From positions 1 to 27,176 of the IMG/VR virus record IMGVR_UViG_3300044971_001316: a stretch of DNA of 27,176 bases, one strand, 5' to 3'. The notes below the pieces were generated by a model, which was not told the DNA's origin, did no database searches, and was given only the letters and a program-made list of their open reading frames with translations. The translations under genes were made by a program, and so were the position numbers. This document shows, piece by piece, positions 1-9,000 of the stretch. Each line of letters starts with the position of its first letter. Positions within the stretch are counted from its first letter, which is position 1. This stretch comes from a virus (Duplodnaviria > Caudoviricetes).

Positions 1-1
1 T

Positions 2-3000
2 GTTGAGCGCACCGCCCCACTCGCCCTTGCGGTTGAAGTTGGTCGTGCCGTCCTTGGCCAGCAGCGCTGCCTGAGTCGGCGTCTTGCCCACCTCCCGCGC
101 CGCCTGGTACAGGGCAAAGCGGGTGGCGTTCTCGGAGGCAGAGCCCATGAACTCCAGCATGCGCGCAGTCAGCGTGGCCAGCTTGTAGGGTGGCAGGGAC
201 TTGATCGCCTCAAAGGTGTTCTTCGACTTGGCCCCGGCCAGCAGCATCTCGTTGCGCAGGTCCTTGTTGATGTCATCCAGCGAGCGCATGTAGAAGCCGC
301 CCGTGATGGAGCCCGCGTTGCGGAACTCTTGGAACCGCTGGTCCATCTGCTGGTTGCCGATGATCTTGTTGGCCGTGCCGCCGATGCCAGCTTCCTGGCG
401 GGCGGATGCCATCAGCGCCTTGCCGTAGTTGGCCAGGTACTTGGCCAGGCCCTTGGGTCCCAGCTCAGCCAATGCTGCGGACGTGCCCGACCACAGCGCA
501 TCGCGTGGGATGTTGATCGCAGCGAACGCTGGGTTGTAGCGGGTCAGGACGTTGCGCAGCCAGTTGTTCCACCAGCCCGACACCGCCAGTGTGGCGCGCT
601 CCAGGCCGCTGGTCTCGTCCTTCCAGGCCTGGCGGATGGCGCGGGCCAGCTCGGGGTCTGCCAGCTTGATGTAGACCTGCTGGCCGCCGACCTTGACGCC
701 GATGGTGTCCTCACCCTTTTCGATGGACTTGGTGTACTGCACGGTGCCCGTGGCCTTGTTGAACGCAGGCTTGTTGCGCTCGACGTCCACGCCCCACAGG
801 TCTGGGTCAGGGTTCGACAGCACGAAGTCCAGCAGGACCTTGCCCACGTCGTTCTTCTCGACCCGCATGATCACGCGCTGGTAGTCGCGGATCACGTTTT
901 CGATCAGGTCGCTGGCCTGGGACTTGCGGCCCATGGCGCGGATGGTCTCGCCGCCGCGCACGTTGATGCCACGGCCGATGCCTGGGCGCATTGCGCCGGT
1001 GTTCTCGTCCACGTTCTCCAGGCCACGCAGGGGGATGTAGTTCTCGTAGGCACCGTCGAGTGCGTCGAACTCATCCTGCGTGATCAGGCCCTCGGCCAGC
1101 ATGACCTGGCGGGTGGTTGATGTGATCGCCATCAGGTCGCGGTGCAGCTCTTCAAACTTCGCCTCGTCGCCGGACGCCTTGGCCAACTGCAGGATGCTCT
1201 TGGCGTGGGCGTCGGTCATGCCGGAGCCGCCGTCGGGCATGCGCTTGTTAATGCTGGCGATGTAGGCGTTGCGCTCCTCGGCGTGCTTGGCGTAGGAGTA
1301 CAGCGCCAGCTCGTCCAGGTCGATGCCAAAGCCCACGGCCTTGTCGATCAGCGGACGCATGACGTTGTCACGGAAGTCGTCCATCGCTGCCTGAATGCGG
1401 CCAGGCATCAGGGTGTTGGCGTCGTAGAAGTTCTGAGCCTCGCTGACTTTGCTGCCCTTCTTGGCCTCGACTGCTTCGATGACGCGCTTCATGCGCAGGC
1501 CGTCGTCCTGCAGCTTGATGCGGGCAGCGTCGACCTTGCCCGTGGCGGGCAGTTCAAAGGTGCTGCCGATCAGCTTCTGGCGGCGGTTGCTTGTGCGAAC
1601 TTCGGGGGTGGCCACGCTTTTCGCTTTGTCGGCAGCGCGGTTGCTGAACATCGGCAGGCCCTGACCCACGGTCTCGCGCATCTTGTCGGTGACGTCGAAG
1701 CCGGGTTGCTGAGAGACCTCTGGGTTTCTTTCATCAATCAGTTCAGCGTTCTTGCCGTCTTCCAACAGCTCTGCAAGCTCCTGACGTGCAACGCCCTCAT
1801 CGCTGTAGCCGTTGTACTCACGACCATCGACATTGATGACCCATTGCACAGCACCGGCCGGCGTCTTTTCACCGTTGCCAACTGGCAGCGGCACACCAAC
1901 GGAGCCGAGCTTCTCGCCACCCAGCTTCGGCAACAGCTTTGTGATAGCTTGCGGGACGATCTGGTCGTAGAAGGCCTTCATGCCTTCGCCTCCGACTTTG
2001 ATGTCTTCGCCGTCAAGGAGGTGCTTGCCCATCACCAAAGGCTGCGCCAGCAAACGCTTTGCGACTTCCTTGCCGACGTAGTCCTCAAGCTGTGACTCGT
2101 CAGTAATCTCGCGCCTCATCACTTTGCGACGGTTGTTATCCCATGCGTCAAGGAGCTTTTCCTCTGGGCTGTATGCGATGGACTGGATCTGCTTGCTCAG
2201 GTCATACCGGTCAGCAGACTGCTCGCCATTGACGAACGCGACCTTGTCGTAGCCACCCTCCACCGCCATCATGGCGATGCGCTTGAGCGCCAGGTTGAGC
2301 CAGCCCTCGGTCTTACCAATGAACGGCGCGGCGGGCACGCCCTTCATCAGAGCGCCCATGCGATCGGCGGCTTTCATCACCGCGTCTTTGGTGCCGAATG
2401 CGCGAGGGAGGCTGTAGCCATCCTCTTTCAGATGAAAGAAGCCCGGCTCTTGTTCAACTATTTTCCAACCAGTCTTGAGCGTATCGCCAGTGCCCTCCTT
2501 CTTTGCGGTTTGACCCCAGTCGGACTGCACCTCTTCCACGAACAGCACGCGCTTGCCGTCGGCATCGGTGCGGTCGTTGATGCGGATATGGGCGAGGACG
2601 TTCTTCTCATCCCAGTGGCTGGACCTGTAGTTGTCGGTGCGCTTTTGCGGCGGCGCTTTCTCAAGCGCATCAACCTCTTTGCGCAGGTTGTCTGCCTTGA
2701 CCTGGAACTGTGCTGCTTTCTCGCTTAGGCCGAGGCCAGCGAACTCGCTAACCATTTCTTCCATCGCTTGCAGCCGCTTGCGCGTGCCTTCAAGTCTGAT
2801 CTGCTGGTTGCCAGTCACCTCAGGCAGCGTGATCAGCAGCTCGCGGTAGTTCTCGCCGCCGGGCAAGGTGTACTTGCCGTACTTGGTGTCGTCAGCATCC
2901 TCGTCGAGCATGCCTTCCAGTTCATCCAGAATCTCCTCGCGGCTCATGGCCTCACCGTTTGCCTCTGGCGCGTAGCCGCGAATGCGGGTGTACTCCTTGA

Positions 3001-6000
3001 CTACCTGCGCGTCATCCATTGCGCTGAAGTCTTTGATGTCGCCAAGCATTTGCTCGGACACCCTCACACCTGAGTCAGCCAAGTAGGCCTGCAGCTCTGC
3101 GCTGGTGACCTTGTCCTTGCCACGCAGGGTGAGGTAGTCCTTGATGCCGGACCACTCCATCTCGTCTTTCTTGACGCCCTGCTTCGGACCATTGGAGTCC
3201 AGCCACAGTGCCCACTGGGAGGCAGGCTGCGTGGCCAGCTTCGCGGGCACGTTGGCGATCGTGCGCTCCAACTGGCTGTAGAACGCAGGCTTGGCTCGGT
3301 TGCTAAACATTGGCATGTCGCCCACACGGCCCTCGGTCCATGCCCACTCAGGCAGGAGCCCAGTCTTCTGGTCGGCAAACACGGTGTCCTCGACCTTGGC
3401 GGTGCGGTTGCTCTCGCCGGTGGGGCCGTAGTTCAGCCAGGAGTTCTGGCCGCGTGTCTCGCTGGTGATGGCCGCCACTGCGCTGCCAGTGAACAGACGG
3501 ACGTGAGCCTGCCAGGCATTCTCTTCGCCCTGGGCGCGGAAGCCGGAGCCCTCAAGCCCATGGCCGAAGGCATCATGCACGGCACGGAACAAGTCGTTGG
3601 CCAGCACGCGCTTGCGTGGGCCGAACAATGAGCCCGATGGCCACTTGATGCCGGTGTCTTCCAGCAGCGGGTTGCTGGCCGGGTCAAAGTCACCCGAACC
3701 GAAACCGTCGTCGGTTGGGAACACGCCCATGACCTTGTTTGCGCGGATGTCGCGCATCGCATTCCAGGGGCTGGATGCGTACTCTTGGTTGTCGGGCTTG
3801 TCGAGATTGATAAACCAGAACTTGTAGCCCGCCTTCTCCAAGGCGCGGTACTGCGCAAGGGTCTGCGCGATCAGTTCTTTGTAGGCCGCCTTGACGCGCA
3901 GATCCTGCGGCGCATGAGGCATGGCCTCGTAGGCCTCGGCAATGCGTGCGGCACGCTCAGGGTCGACCTGGGCGTACTCGGCTTGGCGGCGCAGCTCAAT
4001 GCCATTGTCGCGGGCATACTGCTCGGCCACCGCAACGAGGCGGGGGTCTGGACCAGTGAAGCCGCGAACAGTTGGAGCACCTGGCAGCGCCTCGTTTGCA
4101 CTCAGTCCTCGGACTGCTTGCGCATCTGCTCGTTCTGGTGCTTGAACCTGGCGATCCTGCGCGCCCCCAGCTCCTTGCCCTCGGCTTCCGTCTCCGGCGC
4201 GTTGGCTGAATCGGAGTTGGCCTGCATCGCCCCAGCCGTATTTGTCTGCGTACTCGTCGAAGACTTGCTGGACTCGGGGCGCGAGAACAGCTCTGGCCCA
4301 GTAGAGAACATCGGATCGTCCTTCGGCACCAATCCTTTGTACGTAGCTTTCCCCATTTGGGCTCTCCTTCCAGTTGTTCGTTGGCATGTCGCCGCTTGAG
4401 GCAAACACGCGATACTCAAAATCGGGCAGCACAGACTCCGCCACCTTGACGATGTCGGACTGCAGCTTTTCATTTGTGATGATACCAAAATTCACAACCC
4501 TTATACCATTGGGCGAGCTGACAAACGCAAATTTGTCTTGCCATTCTGGGTGGCCGTTGTCGACCATCCAGTCGCCCACGGCAGTCTCAAGGTCTGCCAC
4601 TTCGCGGGGGTTGAGGGTGCGCCCGACGTTGATGTCGAGGCCGTTGGCGTCACGCTTTGTGCTTGAGTAGAACGGACGGTGCCAGCCCACGCCCTCTTGG
4701 CGGGCCACCAGGCCAGCCACAGCGGCGTAAATGTTGAGTGCCGTGGCCTGGGCTGGGTCGACGTTGGTCTTGCCTTCCGTGCCCTTTGCGGGGGCCATGG
4801 CCACATTGAGCTGGGTGCTCGGCGAGACCTCGCCTTGCCACACGCCGGGAGCCAGGATGTCGCTGTCCACCAGCAAGCCCAAGTACGCCGCCAGCTCATC
4901 GGTGCCGCGCTCGTTATAAAACGCCTTCTGCACAGCCTGCTGGAACTCCACCTGCTGCGCATAGGGTGCGCTGTGGATGCCAGGCAGGACGGCGCTGGTG
5001 CGACCAGGGCGAGCCTCAAAAGACACCTGACCGATGTGACGCATCAGGCCATCGCCGAAGTCAAACTTCGCCTGCTGCGTGTCGTCTTTGGTGACGTCGT
5101 GAGCAAACGAATACTTGAGCCAGTTGTCGCGGTGCTTTTGCTCGTCGAGGATGACGCGGACCTTGCCTTTGCCATCCTTGCCGGGCACGAACTTGATCCA
5201 GCCTTTCTTTTCGCTGGTGCGCTCGGTCTCTTTCTTGACGCCTTTGTTCTCCATGCGGGCCTTCATGGCCACCCAGATCGCGGCCTGCACCTGCTGCGGC
5301 TCCCAGCCCAGCTCCCTGGCCAAGCGGTTGGTTTCGTTCTCCATGAACGAGTACTGGGTGTTTGAGGGCGCGTCGGTTTCGTACTGACCCGCACGCATCA
5401 TCCACATGTCGATCGTGGCACCTTGCTTGCCTGCGGTCGATGGGTCGATCTCACGCAGCAGGTTGAAGAAGAAGTTGCCCGTCTTCTCGCCGGACCAGAA
5501 TGCGTCGACATCGTCGAGCGCGCCCTTGGCCTTGGTGTCCATGACCTCGGTCTTCACGCTGATCGGCTGGCCAGCCTTGTACTGTGCCCATGCGCGCAGC
5601 GCAAACGTGGAGTTGGCGTCGACCTTCGCTTGTGGCGAGTAGATGGCCAGCAGTGCCACGAACTTGCGAGCCTCCTGCATATCGCCGCCCACCATCTTGA
5701 GCACAGCTTTGCCGCTGTTCTCGTACCAGTAGCGGCCTGGCGCGCCCTCGTCTGCGAGCTGGCGCAGGATCTTGCGCAGCGTCGGGATCTTGCCGGGCGT
5801 GTTGAACTTCTCGGGGGCACCCAAGTACTTGCCGTTTTTCATCGGCAGCTTCTCGGTCACCTCTCCGCCTCGGCTGTACGCCACCTGGCGGCCTTCAAGA
5901 GCTGCGCGCACGCGAGGTGCTGCGGCGTTGGTGAAGACGATGCCGTCCTTTGTGACTCGACCCTTGACGTCGTCAGGGACCTGAGCACGGATCTGCTCGG

Positions 6001-9000
6001 GGTCGCCGTAGACGACCATCGTGCCGTCCTTCATAGTGCGCACGTCGAACTCGCCAGCAGCAGTGGTGCCTCGGCGGGACATCCTAATGTCCGGGTTTGC
6101 CGGGTCGAAGATGCCGCTGTTGCCAGTGGCAGACTTGATCTGCTCGGGTCGGAAAACCAAATACTCGCGGAAGGGGCTTCGGCCAACAAGCCCGTCGCTC
6201 ATGCGCGTGATGGCGTCGAATCCTGCCGCTTTATAAATCGACTCGATCACCGACATCGGGCCTCCTTCAATCGCGAGCCAAAGTGACTTCGGATTGAATG
6301 TGCGTGATGCCAAGACTTTTTTGAGATCGCGCTCAATAAACTCTTTTGAGTCGATGGCAAGCTCTTGCGGGTAACCAAGGCTCACCAACTCTTGTATGTT
6401 TTTTGGTATGGCAGACTTGATTGCAGCAAGCTGATCGTCTGTGATGTTGTCCGCATCAAGAATGTTTTCGGCCTTGATATACACGGGCAAGACATTCATG
6501 TCCTCTTCTTTGCGCTCGGCAAAGCGAGATGCTGCATCTGCGTCGTCGGTGAAGTAAATGCCTTCTCCAAGGCTTCCTCCATCGGATGGTTTGAACGCGG
6601 TGATGTCGGCACCAGTCCCGTGATAGACCACCATTGGCTTGCCAGCGTCATCCACAACCTTAGAGTTGCCGAAGAACTTCTTGAACTCAGGCGTCTCAGG
6701 AGCAGCGCGGTTGGATGCCATCGGCTGAGCATCACTCACCAGTGCAACGTCGGGCGTCAGGCCCTGAGCCTGCATCGACTCAGCGTAGGCCGTGCTCAGC
6801 AGGTCGCGGGCCTTGGCCACGTCGGTGATGTACTTGCTGACGAACTCGTCGCCGTACTGCTCCTTGGCACCGCTGATGATCGTGTTCAGTTTGGCCAAGA
6901 TGGTCTTGGCCACCTCGCCAAACTCTGCGTTGCCCATCTTCGTGCGCAGGTCCTGCCAGAAGTCTTCGCGCTTGCTGATCGCTTGGACCATGAACGCGGG
7001 AATCTCCTCGTCCAGCAGCGCATCGTTCTTTGCGTCGTAATCGAACTCCTCTGCAAACTCAGTGCGGCGATCTTGACGGAAGTACTGGGCCAACTGCGTG
7101 TTGAGCGCCTTGCGCTGTGGCTCGGGCAGCGTGTGATAGATCTCGTGCATCGCGACCGACAGCGGCGCGTCATCCGCATCGTTGGCAACGAAGATGTTCT
7201 TGCTGTCGCCGGGCAGCATGAACCCGTTGGGCAGCGATGCTGGGGTGTCCGCTTTCAGGTAGGTGACCGTGCGGCCAAGCAGGCGGGCGACCGCGCTGGC
7301 AGCCTGCTGCTGCTCTGTCAGCGGCGCGGTGTCCACCTCGGCATCGACGCCGGTGCTGGCGCTGAGCGTCGTGATGGCCTTGCCGATGGCGCGCAGGGGC
7401 GCGGGCGGGGCGAGCCTGAGTGAGGTCTTCAGGCCAGCAGTTGCAGCACCCTCTGGCGTACCAAGGGCTCCAGGTCGCTGAGCTTGAGCGTTGGGTCCAG
7501 TCGCCACTGAACTGACCCCAACGTCTCCTCCGCTTTGCGCCTGCGCTGCACTTCTGCTTGCCAGCGGCTGAAGTACTCCTGCGCTTGTTGCTCCACTGAT
7601 GGCAGATGCTTGCTGTCCTTGCGTTTGGCCTTGGAGGGCTTGAGGGGTTTGAGTGCCAAGGGTCGTCTCCGTTGGTTTGATGACCCAGCCACCGTCCATC
7701 TTGACAGTGCTGTAGCCGGTGATGCCGTTCTGCTGCGCATAGACGGCGGCGGTTTGTTGGGTGCTGAAAGGCTTGCCGCTGGGAGCGGTGATCGGCTCAG
7801 CGGCGGGTGCAGCCTGCGTCGGCTGGGTAACCCCGGCCCCTGTCTCCATGGTGCCCACAGTGGGAGCAGGCTGCGTATTCTGTTGCTCGTATCCGGCCAA
7901 GCGGAACTTCCCGCTGGGCATCTGCTCCACGCTCCATTCAAGGGAGGGGAACATGCGCTGGCGGCCAGGCAGGGCCTGCGCCGCGTCAGCCTCGGTCACG
8001 TAGCCGTCGCCCTTGCGGCCGACCCACTGCTCAACCGGCTGGACTACAGCATTGTTATTTTCTGGGGCCGCGATGGCAGCCTCGGTGCGCGCCAGCAGAT
8101 CCTGGTCGGTGGCACGGGGTGAGACTCGCGGCAGCGTCAGGCTGGCAGCCTGTTGTCCGCCTGCACTTCCAGCAGGAACATTCGCCCCAGCATTGGCTGC
8201 AGGCAGTCCGGCATTTCCACCAGCGAGTTGTCCGGTGCCAGCAGCATCAAGTCCTGGAATGCCCAGGCCTCCGCCACGCTGATCGCTCGCTGGGAAACCG
8301 CCCACTGCAGGCGCGGCTCCAGCTCCGCCAAGTGTGCTGACATCGGTCGTCTCCGAACGGTTGGGGATAGGCACCACGATCGGCACCAGACCGGCTTCAT
8401 CGGTCGGGCTGCCTGCAGGGGTGAAGTTGATCTCTCGCGCTGGCGCGGAAGGCCCGACGTCCGCAGCCCGGCGCATCGTCTGCTCGGGGCTGATCAGGGT
8501 GGGGTCGTAGCTGTTGACGTCGAAGAGCCCAACCGCCTGGCGCTCTGCCGCGAAGTCGGGTGCTTGCGCTGCGCGGGCCTCTTGGTACTGGCTGGCTGCG
8601 CCGACCGCGCTGAATGGCGCAGAGGTGACGAGCGCAGTGGCCATCGCCTCGGGAACGCCTTCAGATAGCTTCTGGCTTGGGTCGACCGTGCGCGAGATGA
8701 CGTTGCCGCCAAACTGTGTGCCGCCCTCTTCAAGCTGCTCGCCGATCACGTCCTTGGCCAGCATCTTGCCAGCGCCTGCAACTGTCAGCGCCTCGGCTGT
8801 GGCGCGGCCCAGGCCCCTGGAAGCCACGGCGGCCTCGGCCCCCATGAACCCCAGCAAGCCCAGAGGAGCGGTCACCAGCGCGGCCATACGGGCCTTGGCG
8901 GTGGCAATCTCCACGATTGCTTGCTCGCTTGTCTTACCGCTGGCCACCAACTCTTGGTAGTCAGGGTTCTCTTGCCAAACGCTTAGGGGCGTTTGCCTTG

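Noticed and set aside
2823-2928. GAGGAG plus ATG opening a 30-codon +1-frame ORF
   Set aside because: The product (MNWKACSTRMLTTPSTAST...) has shadow-frame composition and the SD is just Glu-Glu codons.
6254-6268. Strong SD (AAGGAGG) with in-frame ATG inside the ART domain
   Set aside because: Short spacing and it would start mid-domain; explained by E-G-G codons. Cannot be excluded without Ribo-seq.
7660-7941. 5' extension of nested gene B to the ATG at 7941, as in the ORF track
   Set aside because: This part reads as shadow frame while the host frame encodes mini-domains; the SD-led TTG at 7659 is the better start.
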